DNA of 64,000 nucleotides from NCBI GenBank assembly GCA_021776825.1, contig JAJFFG010000051.1, positions 17,283 through 81,282 of the forward strand, read 5' to 3'. Below are positions 37,532 to 46,220 of this stretch, piece by piece. The position numbers and the translations under genes were made by a program. The notes beneath the pieces were generated by a model. It saw only the letters and a list, made by a program, of their open reading frames with translations, ran no database searches and was not told where the DNA came from. This DNA is from Planctomycetota bacterium (GTDB lineage Bacteria > Planctomycetota > JAJSAM01 > JAJVHW01). Each line of letters begins with the position of its first letter. The stretch's first letter is position 1.

Positions 37532-40500
37532 CTACCGGTCGAAGAGGCCGTGCTTCTCCATCTTCTTCCGCAGCCACACGCGGGAGATGCCGAGGTCCTT
37601 CGCAGCGCGGGTCTGGTTCCCGCCGGTGTGATCGAGGGCCTTCTCGATCAGCGCGCGCTCCATCTTCTCGAGGTTCTCCTTGAGCGTGCGGCCGGCCTCG
37701 GGGCGCACGAGTTCGGGCTCGGGGCCAGCACGCTCGCCCTGGATGGCGAACGAGAGGTCCTCGAGCGTGACGCGGTCGTCGGAGAGCGTCAGCGCCTTCT
37801 TCACCTCGTTGTCGAGCTCGCGGACGTTCCCGGGCCAGGCGTAGCCGGCCATGGCGTCGAGGGCGTCCGCGTCGAACGCCTTGCGCGTCAGGCCGAGCTC
37901 GATCGCGGCGCGATCGGCCATGTGCTCGATCAGCAGCCGGATGTCGCCGTCGCGGTCGCGAAGCGGCGGCATCGCGATGCTGATGACGGCGATGCGGTAG
38001 TACAGGTCCTCGCGGAACGTGCTCTCGCCCATCATCTTGCGCAGGTCGCGATTGGTGGCCGAGATGACGCGTACATCGACCTTCTTCACGTCCTTGCCAC
38101 CGACGGCGCGCACCTCGCGCTCCTGGAGCACGCGCAGGAGCTTCTTCTGCATGTCGAAGCTCATCTCCCCGATCTCATCGAGGAAGATGGTGCCGCCGTC
38201 GGCCGCACTGAAGAGACCCTGCTTGTCCTCGTGCGCGCCGGTGAACGAGCCGCGCACGTGGCCGAAGAGTTCGCTCTCCATCAGCGACTCGGTGATCGCG
38301 CCGCAGTTGACGGTCACGAACGGTCCCGCCTTGCGGCGCCCGTACTGGTGCAGCGCGCGCGCGATCAGCTCCTTGCCCGTGCCCGACTCGCCGTGCACGA
38401 GCACCGGGACCTCGGTGTCGACGACCTTGTCGACGAGTAGGAGCACGCGGTGCATCTGCGGGGACTCGCCGATGAGCTCCGTATACGGGTACTTCGTGGC
38501 GCGCTCCGCGAGGGCCCGCGACGCCTGCTCGAGCTCCGCACTCTTCTGCTCGAGGTTGTGCTCGAGCTGACGGTTGAGCTGCTGCATGCTCTCGGCCTGC
38601 CGCAGGTTGCGGATGGCGAGCGCGGCCTGGTCACCGAGCGCCGTCAGGAACTGCAGGTCGCCGGTCCCGAACTGACCGTTGCGGGCCGGGTTGTCGAGGT
38701 AGAGAGCGCCGATCGTCTCCTCGCCCAGACGGAACGGCACCGAGATGATCGACTTCAGTTCGAGGCGCTCGACGCTCTCGAACTCGCTGAAGCGCTGATC
38801 TTCGGTCGCGTTGTCGGTGAGGATCGGCTGGCCGCTCTTCATCACGCGCGTAACGAGCGTGCGGCTGACCTTCAGCTCCGGCTTCGGGACCTCCTCGCGG
38901 CGGAAGTTGCGCGCCGTCTGGAAGGAGATCTTCTTCGCGTCGTCGACCAGGATCAGGAATCCGCGCTCCGCGCCCGTCGCCTCGGTGGCGACGTCCATGA
39001 TGGTGTCGAGCAAGCCGCGCACGTCGGTGGCCAACGCGAGCTTCTTGTTGATCTCGAGCAGTTTGAACAGGCGTTCCTGGTCCATTTCGTCCTCTCGAGC
39101 GGCCTCCGGCGTCGCGTCCGACCCTGAACCAACAAGCAGCGCCATCTCATCCGCGAGCCGGTCCAAGCGCTCCTTCTTCGCCCCCGCGGCACGCGTCCCT
39201 CGTAGCGCCGGCGGCAGCGAGGCCTGGAGGTCGTCTTCACACTGGATCGCCTCCGCCAGCGCGGTGCTCGCGCCGTCGCGATCACCGGCGGAGAAGCGAC
39301 CCCGCGCCAGAGCGTACGCGGCGGTGGCGCGGTAGTCACGACGCCCTGCCGCGTGGACGTATCGATGGAAGCGTTGGAGGGCTGCGAGAGCCTCGTCCGA
39401 GGCCTCGCGATCGGCATCCAGACGCCCCCGGACGAGGTCCACCCGAGCGCGCAGATCGGCCGGCCCGTGTTCCGCGGCGATGTCCTTGGCAGCCCGCCAC
39501 GACTTGATCGCCGTGCCGCGGCGATTGCGGGCGTGATCCGCCAGCGCCGTCTCGAGCATCACTTCGGCGAGGCCCGCCCGATCGCCGGCCTCTTCGTGCA
39601 ATCGAGCCGCGGCCTGGAGATGTGCCTGCGCTGCGTCGCTGTGAGGATCCAGGCGGCTCTCGAGACGACCGAGCAGCATCTCCGCTACCGCCTGGTGGCT
39701 GCGCAGTGAGGCCGAGGCGGCCCGCGACAGCGCCCGTATCAGAAGCGGCCGAACGCCCACGAGGTCGTCGGCAAGCAGGTGGATGTCGGCCATCTGGATC
39801 AGGAACTGCACCTCTCCGCGGGCGTCGCCGAGCGCGCGCAGGCGGCGCGTCGCGGTGTGGAGCAGTGTCAGGGCGGTCCCAAGGCGGCCACGAGCGCGAT
39901 ACAGTCCGGCGAGGTTGCCCGTCGTCACGGCGATCCCGGCCAGGTCACCGATACGACGGCGCAGAGCGAGACTCCGTCGCTGCAGTTGCTCGGCTTCCGT
40001 GAAGTCGCCGTGCTCGGCGCGCAGGTTCGCCAGATTGCCGAGCGTCTGGGCGACGCCCTGCAGGTCCTTGGCGCGGCGTGCCAGTCGCAGCGACTGGCGA
40101 TAGCTCGCAGCAGCGTCAGCCGCGCGCCCCTGCTGGGCGGAGACCACACCCAGATTGTGCAGCGCGGTCGCCATGCCACGCCGCCGCCCGAGCGCACGAC
40201 ACGCGGCCAGACAGCTCTCGTGGAACTGCCGCGCGCGTCCGAGTTCGCCGAGCTGGAGGTACACGTTGCCGAGCAGGGTCAGGAGCGTCGCGCGCTCGGC
40301 GCCACGCCCCTCTCCCGCCAGCGGCAGTGCTCCACGGACCGTCTCGATCGCGCCGCGCAGATCGCCCAGGCCGCGCTGGGCGCTCGCCATTCGCGCGAGC
40401 AGTTGGAGGCGTAGGTCGCCCCTCTCGGCCGGATCGAGCGAGGTCCCCGGCTCTTCGATCAGGTCGAGTGCGCCGCGGCAAGCCGGCTCGACATCGGTCG

Positions 40501-42916
40501 CCTGCCCCGCCGAATCGAGGGCTTCGACGAGACCGAGGAGCAGGCGCACGCGTGCCCCGGTGTCGGTCTCGGCATCGAGGAGGTCGCGATAGACGTTCGC
40601 CGCAGCAGCCGGACGCCCCGAGCTGACGAGGAGCTCCGCCAGCGAGCGACGCACGTGCGGCACGCGCGGGTCCGACTCGTCGAGGGTCCGCAACGCCTGC
40701 CGGACGCAGTCGGCCGCACGTCCCGGCTCGCCGTCGCCACGCAGCCGACGCGCAGCGGAGGTGGCTGCCTGGAAGCCCTTGTCCGGGTCGGTTCCGCGCG
40801 CGACGTGATACGCCCGTCGGATCTCCGTCGCCGCCCCATGCCCGACGATGCCCCGCGCGAGCAGGTCATGGAGTTTCGCCCGCCCGCGCGGCGACAGCAT
40901 CTTCAGCGCCGCCTGGCCGATGACGGAGTGCACGACGGTGACACCGCTCCCGTCGCCGGTCGGCGTGATGAGGCCCTCGGCTTCCAGCTCCGCGAGCAAC
41001 GCCGCGGTCTCTGCGCCGAGGTACATCCCCGCGCGAGTCCGTGCGAGCGGCAGCTCGTGCCCGGCGACGATCTGGAGTGCCGCGCGCTCCCGCTTCGGCA
41101 GCGCTTCGAGACGCACACTCACGGCATCGGTGAGGCTCGCCGGCAGTCGCGGCGCCGCCTTCGTGTCGACGATCCAACGGATGCCGTCGTGACGCAGTCC
41201 GCGTCCCTGCACGAGCTGACCGAGGAGCTGCTCGGCGAACAGCGGGAGCGCACCACCGTGGGCATGGACGACCTCAGCCACCCACTCGGCGGGCGCCCGG
41301 GGACCGAGGATGCCGGCGACCATCTCGGCGACGCCCGCGGGCCCCAGCGTCCGCACGGGCATCGAGAGCACCAGTTCCTCGGTCGTCATCGCGGCGAGCG
41401 TCTCGACGATCTCCTCCGCGACCGGGACGCCCTCGGTGAACGACGCCACGGTCATCAGGAATGGCGCCTGGCCGGCGGCGTGGCTCTCGGTGATGGTGCG
41501 GGCGATGGCTCCGAGGACCCGGAGCGTCATCGCCGTGGCGTTCTGCAGGTCCTCGACGACGAGCAGGATGCCGCCGCACTCGACTGCCCGTTCCAGGAGG
41601 AAGCGTGCGGCCGTCTCGGCGCCGCTCTGGTCACCCTTGGCCGCCAGGAGGCTCGCCACAGCGCGTCCGCGCCGCTCGATCGCCGGCGAGTCCGCGGGCG
41701 CCGAGCGCAGGACTGCATCGATCAGCGTGCCGAGAGCGGGCAGCGGTCGATCGCGTTCCTCGGAGCACGAGGCCGACACCGTCGACCACCCCGCCGCGAT
41801 CGCGCGCAGACGCATCTCGAACAGCAGGCTCGACTTGCCGACGCCGGACTCACCCTGGACCAGCACGAGACCGGCGAGATCTGGAGTCGGGCCCTCGGTG
41901 GCTGCGGTCGCGGCACCGGAACGCGCCTCGACCAGGTGACGCTCCAGACGCGCCAGCTCCGCCTCGCGCCCCGCGGGTTCGGGAGCGTGCGGCAAGGGGC
42001 GTGGGGATCGCCGGAAGCCGTCGGGACCGAGGGCGGCCTCGAGTTCTTGGAGCGCCACCTCCGCCGACTCGAAGCGTCGCTCGGGGCGTGGGTGGAGAAG
42101 CACGCGCAGCCAGTCTCGCGGTAGCGGGATGTCGCCGTCGGGCACGTCGTCGGGACCGAGCGTCGCCACGGGCGGGAACTGACGCCCGAGGACGAGCTGC
42201 AGCAGGACCGCGCCCGCCGCCCACAGATCGGAGCGAGCGTCGGCGGGCTCCCCAGCGAGCACCTCCGGAGCCACGTACGGCAGCGTGCCGCGCGGCGGAA
42301 CGTCACAGCCTTCGCGGACGGCGAAGCCGTAGTCGAGGAGGACCACGCGTCGACCGCGGGCGACGACGACGTTCGCCGGCTTCACGTCCTGATGGAGCCA
42401 GCCATGGCGGTGCAGGTGACCCAGCACGTCGAGCAGGCCTCGCGCGACGTGTGCCGGGTCCTCGTCCTCGGTCGGCGTCTCCGACTCGACGTAGTGCATG
42501 AGGATCCACGGCCCGCTCTCGGGCTCGCGTCCGATCTCGACAAGCCGCGGCACGCCGCGATGCACGATCGAGGCCAGGACCCGGGCCTCGTGGAGCAGGC
42601 GCTCTCCGGCCTCCGCGGACGGCAGCGGACCGTCCTCGCCGAGAGTGCCGACCGTCTTCAGCGCACGGAGCACGCCGCCCCGTCTCAGATCCCGCACCAG
42701 AACGACCTGCCCGCCGCCGCCAGAACCGAGCGGGCGGACGACCTCGAATCGCCCACGCAGGCCGTCGGGAGGAGACCCCGCGGGCTGATCGGTCTCGGTG
42801 GTCGGCGGGGCCTGAGGGCTCTGAGATTCCACGCGTGCGTTCGCAGCGGCACCGTAGGTTGAGCGCTTCATCCTACGACGCGAACCGCATCTCGGGCGCG
42901 CCCCCTGGAGACGCAC
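37532..42916 (-). CDS. multidomain regulator: Ser/Thr protein kinase - AAA/NTPase (STAND-like) - TPR repeats - GAF - sigma-54 interaction (EBP) domain - Fis-type HTH
   Basis: Single open frame of 1794 aa. Kinase motifs GSGGGGQV, LHQDVKPANVVV, DYGFA. P-loop GESGVGKSSL. Multiple TPR-like repeats. GAF segment IMDVATEATGAERGFLILVDD. Sigma-54 EBP Walker A GESGTGKELIARALH with the GAFTGA-type GSFTGA loop, ESELFGH and Walker B IFLDEIGE. C-terminal HTH NQTRAAKDLGISRVWLRKKM. The true start may be the ATG at 42869-42871 (MKRSTYG). Confidence 0.85.
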   Translation of the reverse strand: MRLQGARPRCGSRRRMKRSTYGAAANARVESQSPQAPPTTETDQPAGSPPDGLRGRFEVVRPLGSGGGGQVVLVRDLRRGGVLRALKTVGTLGEDGPLPSAEAGERLLHEARVLASIVHRGVPRLVEIGREPESGPWILMHYVESETPTEDEDPAHVARGLLDVLGHLHRHGWLHQDVKPANVVVARGRRVVLLDYGFAVREGCDVPPRGTLPYVAPEVLAGEPADARSDLWAAGAVLLQLVLGRQFPPVATLGPDDVPDGDIPLPRDWLRVLLHPRPERRFESAEVALQELEAALGPDGFRRSPRPLPHAPEPAGREAELARLERHLVEARSGAATAATEGPTPDLAGLVLVQGESGVGKSSLLFEMRLRAIAAGWSTVSASCSEERDRPLPALGTLIDAVLRSAPADSPAIERRGRAVASLLAAKGDQSGAETAARFLLERAVECGGILLVVEDLQNATAMTLRVLGAIARTITESHAAGQAPFLMTVASFTEGVPVAEEIVETLAAMTTEELVLSMPVRTLGPAGVAEMVAGILGPRAPAEWVAEVVHAHGGALPLFAEQLLGQLVQGRGLRHDGIRWIVDTKAAPRLPASLTDAVSVRLEALPKRERAALQIVAGHELPLARTRAGMYLGAETAALLAELEAEGLITPTGDGSGVTVVHSVIGQAALKMLSPRGRAKLHDLLARGIVGHGAATEIRRAYHVARGTDPDKGFQAATSAARRLRGDGEPGRAADCVRQALRTLDESDPRVPHVRRSLAELLVSSGRPAAAANVYRDLLDAETDTGARVRLLLGLVEALDSAGQATDVEPACRGALDLIEEPGTSLDPAERGDLRLQLLARMASAQRGLGDLRGAIETVRGALPLAGEGRGAERATLLTLLGNVYLQLGELGRARQFHESCLAACRALGRRRGMATALHNLGVVSAQQGRAADAAASYRQSLRLARRAKDLQGVAQTLGNLANLRAEHGDFTEAEQLQRRSLALRRRIGDLAGIAVTTGNLAGLYRARGRLGTALTLLHTATRRLRALGDARGEVQFLIQMADIHLLADDLVGVRPLLIRALSRAASASLRSHQAVAEMLLGRLESRLDPHSDAAQAHLQAAARLHEEAGDRAGLAEVMLETALADHARNRRGTAIKSWRAAKDIAAEHGPADLRARVDLVRGRLDADREASDEALAALQRFHRYVHAAGRRDYRATAAYALARGRFSAGDRDGASTALAEAIQCEDDLQASLPPALRGTRAAGAKKERLDRLADEMALLVGSGSDATPEAAREDEMDQERLFKLLEINKKLALATDVRGLLDTIMDVATEATGAERGFLILVDDAKKISFQTARNFRREEVPKPELKVSRTLVTRVMKSGQPILTDNATEDQRFSEFESVERLELKSIISVPFRLGEETIGALYLDNPARNGQFGTGDLQFLTALGDQAALAIRNLRQAESMQQLNRQLEHNLEQKSAELEQASRALAERATKYPYTELIGESPQMHRVLLLVDKVVDTEVPVLVHGESGTGKELIARALHQYGRRKAGPFVTVNCGAITESLMESELFGHVRGSFTGAHEDKQGLFSAADGGTIFLDEIGEMSFDMQKKLLRVLQEREVRAVGGKDVKKVDVRVISATNRDLRKMMGESTFREDLYYRIAVISIAMPPLRDRDGDIRLLIEHMADRAAIELGLTRKAFDADALDAMAGYAWPGNVRELDNEVKKALTLSDDRVTLEDLSFAIQGERAGPEPELVRPEAGRTLKENLEKMERALIEKALDHTGGNQTRAAKDLGISRVWLRKKMEKHGLFDR

Positions 42917-42917
42917 G

Positions 42918-43328
42918 ATGCCCTTGGCGAAAGAACCCGCTCACCCGCTCGACAAGCGCGAGCTCCTCCACGCCGATCCTCCGGACGCGAAGCGCATCGA
43001 TGCGGTGGCGTCGAAGCTCCTCGACGAGGGCCGTGAGGGCGAGTCCGTGGAGTACATCGAGGTGACGCGCAACGCGGAGCTCATCGCGCGCCTCACCACC
43101 GCCGCGAAGAAGAAGGGCTCGCCCTTCCTGCTCGAGCAGTCGCAGCGCCTGTCCGGCGAGATCCAAGACGAGACGGCCTGGCGCGACATTGCCGACGCTG
43201 CGCAGCGAGCGGAGCGTCATGTCGACGTCGTGCGCGCGTACTCGGCCGCCGGGCTCGAGGCAGAGGCCGAGGAGTACCGGGTGGTGAACTGCCCGGACTA
43301 CGACCCGTTCAAGCCCCATAACAAGTAG
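42918..43328 (+). CDS. hypothetical protein
   Basis: ATG with GGAG 7 nt upstream. Divergent from the megaregulator gene. 136 aa with no recognisable domain. The stop TAG at 43326-43328 abuts the composite repeat. Confidence 0.5.
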   Translation: MPLAKEPAHPLDKRELLHADPPDAKRIDAVASKLLDEGREGESVEYIEVTRNAELIARLTTAAKKKGSPFLLEQSQRLSGEIQDETAWRDIADAAQRAERHVDVVRAYSAAGLEAEAEEYRVVNCPDYDPFKPHNK

Positions 43329-43934
43329 CGGTCACGGCGATTGCGGCGGGCGTCGAAGGTGGGCGCGCGTCGACACAGTGGCAATCGCCGCGCCCGCTAG
43401 TGCTGTCTGGTGTGTGCTCGGACTCGTCACGCGTCACGCGAGGGAAACCGGCGCCGGTCGAGGACCTCCGCGCACACATTCCCCGCGTCACGGCGCGGGG
43501 TCACGTCGATTGCTGGTCGTGGGTTGGTGACGCACATCGGGACATGCGGCAATCGCCGCGCCTCCCATGTTTCTGGTCGGCTCCGCGGCTGCGTCACCTC
43601 TCACGCGAGAGCAACCCCCTCGGTCGCAGCCTTGCGAGGCCTCATCTCCCGCGGGGGCGGTCACGATCTCCCGCGGGGGCGGTCACGGCGATTGCGGGCG
43701 GTCGGTTGGTGACGCCGATCGGGGCATGAGGCAATCGCCGCGCCCTCGTTGTTGAGTGGCGTGTGCTCGGTCTCATCACGCGTCACCCGAGGGCAATCGG
43801 CGCCGGTCGAGGACCTCCGCGCACACATTCCCGCGTCACGGCGCTTGCGCTGACGCGCAACCGCCGCGCCCCGGGTGAGGATCCGGGTGCCGGTCGCCTC
43901 CTCCCGTCCAACCGGTCCATTACCTCAACGGCGC
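43323..43934. repeat. tandem array of three about 180-bp hairpin units plus GC stem-loop connector (composite repeat)
   Basis: GTCACGnCGATTGC at about 43323, 43500 and 43681, each followed about 45 bp later by GCAATCGCCGCGCC. Connector CCGCGTCACGGCGCTTGCGCTGACGCGCAACCGCCGCGCCCCGGGTG at about 43835-43880. Confidence 0.7.
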
Positions 43935-44205
43935 CGTAGGGGCGGATCTCCTGATCTGCCCCGCCCGCTGGCGTGCGCGCGATCGATGCGGGTCCGATGG
44001 CGCTCGGCGCGCGGCTCCCGTGATGCGGACGGCCATCGGTCGACCGCGCCTCACTTCGGCGATCCGCCCGATCGTGATTCGTGCGCATCGCCGTCACCGG
44101 TCGGACGCGCCAGCCACCACCGTCGCCCGCGCGATCCGTCGTCGGCGCGGGTGGGTCAGGAGACCCACCCCTACAACGCCGTTGACCAGGCGAACCCCGT
44201 CGTAC
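43935..44205. repeat. MITE-like element copy D1 (GATCTCCTGATC variant)
   Basis: 5' CTCAACGGCGCCGTAGGGGCGGATCTCCTGATCTGCCCCGCCCGCTGG. 3' GGGTGGGTCAGGAGACCCACCCCTACAACGCCGTTGAC. Confidence 0.65.
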
Positions 44206-44214
44206 GGGCGGATC

Positions 44215-44345
44215 TCCTGATCCGCCCCGCCCGCCGGGTCACGCGCGGTCAACGCGATCCGATGGCGCTCCGCGGACGATCCCGCTCATGCGGACGGCGA
44301 CCGGTCGAGGGCGTCGCAGGCGATCGGCCGCGCAACCGACGCCTC
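44215..44345. repeat. partial tandem second copy (D2) of MITE-like element
   Basis: CGTACGGGCGGATCTCCTGATCCGCCCCGCCCGCCGGG followed by core-homologous sequence. No 3' TIR is seen before the next gene. Confidence 0.5.
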
Positions 44346-44347
44346 TC

Positions 44348-45472
44348 CTACCACCCGCGTACCGGTCTCCACTCCCCCACCACGTCACCGCCCCGCGCCA
44401 CATGAAAGCGCTCGAACAGGGCCGCCGTCAGGCACGAGTGGTTCGGGACGATACGGAGGCGACGACCGACACGCAGGCTCGCGAGGGCCGCGGCGTCGCC
44501 ACGCAGCTCGCCGTGCTCCTGCGAGAGCGACGCGAGTGTCAGGCCTGTGTCCGCACCGCTCTCCGCGTCGAGCACAGCGCCGTACCCGCCGTCCCAGCCG
44601 GACACGTGCGTCGCGCCCGCGTCCTTCGAGAATGCCGTCGCTCCGCCGTCGACGATCGCTGTGCCGCGTGCTGGGTACGCGCCGATCACGGTCACGATCA
44701 CCGACAGCGCACAGTCCTCCGGCGCGCACGAGTCGATGGCGGACTGATAGCGGTCGAAGAACACGTAGTTTCCCGGGCGCACCTCCGTGATGCCCGACAG
44801 GTCGTCGATCACGGCCATCGTCGGGGTGGACCCGATGCTCACCTCCGGTACGTCCAGGCCCTCGGCCCGCAACCGCTCGGCGAACCCGACGGTCACGTCG
44901 CGCTCAGCGGCGGCGACGACGGCGATCGCCTCGCGTCCGGCCGCGTAGTACGCGTGTCCGCCGTGTGCGAGCACGCCACGGAACTCGATGCCACGCGCGT
45001 CGGCGAGTCGCCGCGCGAGGCGCGGCCCAACGGCGCCATCGGGCGCAACTCCGGCGCGGTGGTAGCCGCAGTCGAGCTTCAGGTAGACGGGGACGTCCCG
45101 CGCGGCCGAACGCCCCGCGTGCGCCACGGCATCGGCCGCCTCGTCGGAGTCCACGAGCAACGCGAGCCGTCCGACTTCCGCTCCCAGAGCCACGGCAGCG
45201 GCCGCCTTCGCTGGGGCGAGCGGCACCGCGTACGTGATGTCGGCGAAGCCAGCCGCTCCGAACGCGCGCGCCTCGGCCAGGGTCGACACCGTGATCCCGC
45301 CGAAGTGGCCCTCCACGGAGAGAAGCGCCGCCTCCACGCACTTGTGCGTCTTCACGTGGGGACGCAGGCGCGTTCCGAGTCGGGACATCCGCTCGGACAT
45401 GTGCGCGCAGTTGCGCTCGACGACGTCGAGGTCCACGACGGCTACGGGAGTCGGGAGATCGGTCACGCTCAC
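44348..45472 (-). CDS. alanine-racemase-fold PLP enzyme (DSD1 / D-threonine aldolase / D-serine dehydratase-like family)
   Basis: Probable GTG start VSVTDLPTPVAVVDLDV. PLP-lysine motif LRPHVKTHKC typical of the DSD1/D-TA family. C-terminal beta-domain. The 5' extension of ORF 44348..45853 overlaps the divergent gene and is rejected. Confidence 0.7.
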   Translation of the reverse strand: MSVTDLPTPVAVVDLDVVERNCAHMSERMSRLGTRLRPHVKTHKCVEAALLSVEGHFGGITVSTLAEARAFGAAGFADITYAVPLAPAKAAAAVALGAEVGRLALLVDSDEAADAVAHAGRSAARDVPVYLKLDCGYHRAGVAPDGAVGPRLARRLADARGIEFRGVLAHGGHAYYAAGREAIAVVAAAERDVTVGFAERLRAEGLDVPEVSIGSTPTMAVIDDLSGITEVRPGNYVFFDRYQSAIDSCAPEDCALSVIVTVIGAYPARGTAIVDGGATAFSKDAGATHVSGWDGGYGAVLDAESGADTGLTLASLSQEHGELRGDAAALASLRVGRRLRIVPNHSCLTAALFERFHVARGGDVVGEWRPVRGW

Positions 45473-45524
45473 CACGAAACGGTAGCGCCGGCGCTCACGC
45501 GACCCGGGCCGGAATCCCGATGGG

Positions 45525-46118
45525 ATGCTGATGAGCCCGAACTCGAACTCTCTGCGCGAGAATTCCCTGCGCGATCCGGCTTGCGGCCTGACGGACGTCC
45601 ACGGCGTCGCGATGGCGTACGCGGTGGCGGTCACGCCGGTCGAGAGCGAGCTGCCACAGCGCACGCTACTCATGCGGGCACGCGGCAAGGATTGGCTCCC
45701 GGTGCTCCGGCTCAACGCCAAAGGACAGCTCGTCGCGCGTGAGGACGACGCACGGGCGCTCGTCGATGATCTCGGTGTGAGCGGTCCATTCTGGGCGGTG
45801 TGGCTCACGAACCTGATGGTCGGGTGCCTGGTGCTCTTCGGATGCCTGTGCATCCTGGCGCCGTTCGCACTGCTGACCGCCCCCCTGGCGAGCGCGACCT
45901 GGGCGGTCTTCTCCGCAGCGGGCGTGTTCTTCGGGCACTCGGTTCAGACGACCTTCCGCAACCACGTCGCGGTCTCGCTCCAGCGCACGATCGACGATCT
46001 CGAGATCTCGCTCCGCGCGGGCCTCCTCGAGCGCGCGACGCTCGATGCAGCGTCGCCCACGCCGCGGAGCGTCGACGCGGACCCCACTCACGCGCCAAGC
46101 CCTGCCCCAACTAACTAA
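45525..46118 (+). CDS. hypothetical membrane protein
   Basis: Hydrophobic helices (FWAVWLTNLMVGCLVLFGCLCILAPFALL, WAVFSAAGVFFG). Alternative start MAYAVAVTPV at 45612. Confidence 0.4.
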   Translation: MLMSPNSNSLRENSLRDPACGLTDVHGVAMAYAVAVTPVESELPQRTLLMRARGKDWLPVLRLNAKGQLVAREDDARALVDDLGVSGPFWAVWLTNLMVGCLVLFGCLCILAPFALLTAPLASATWAVFSAAGVFFGHSVQTTFRNHVAVSLQRTIDDLEISLRAGLLERATLDAASPTPRSVDADPTHAPSPAPTN

Positions 46119-46210
46119 CCAGCAGCCTCGAGTTGCTCGGCGCCCCGGGCGGACCCCTCGTGTCGCTTTCAAGAAGTTGAGGCCGCAAGTTAGTTAGTCA
46201 GGGCAGGGCT
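46098..46210. terminator. bidirectional intergenic hairpin between convergent genes (21-bp near-perfect inverted repeat, about 60-nt loop)
   Basis: GCCCTGCCCCAACTAACTAAC (46098-46118, includes a stop) pairs with GTTAGTTAGTCAGGGCAGGGC (about 46188-46208), with one mismatch. Confidence 0.5.
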
Positions 46211-46220
46211 GAGAACGGGA

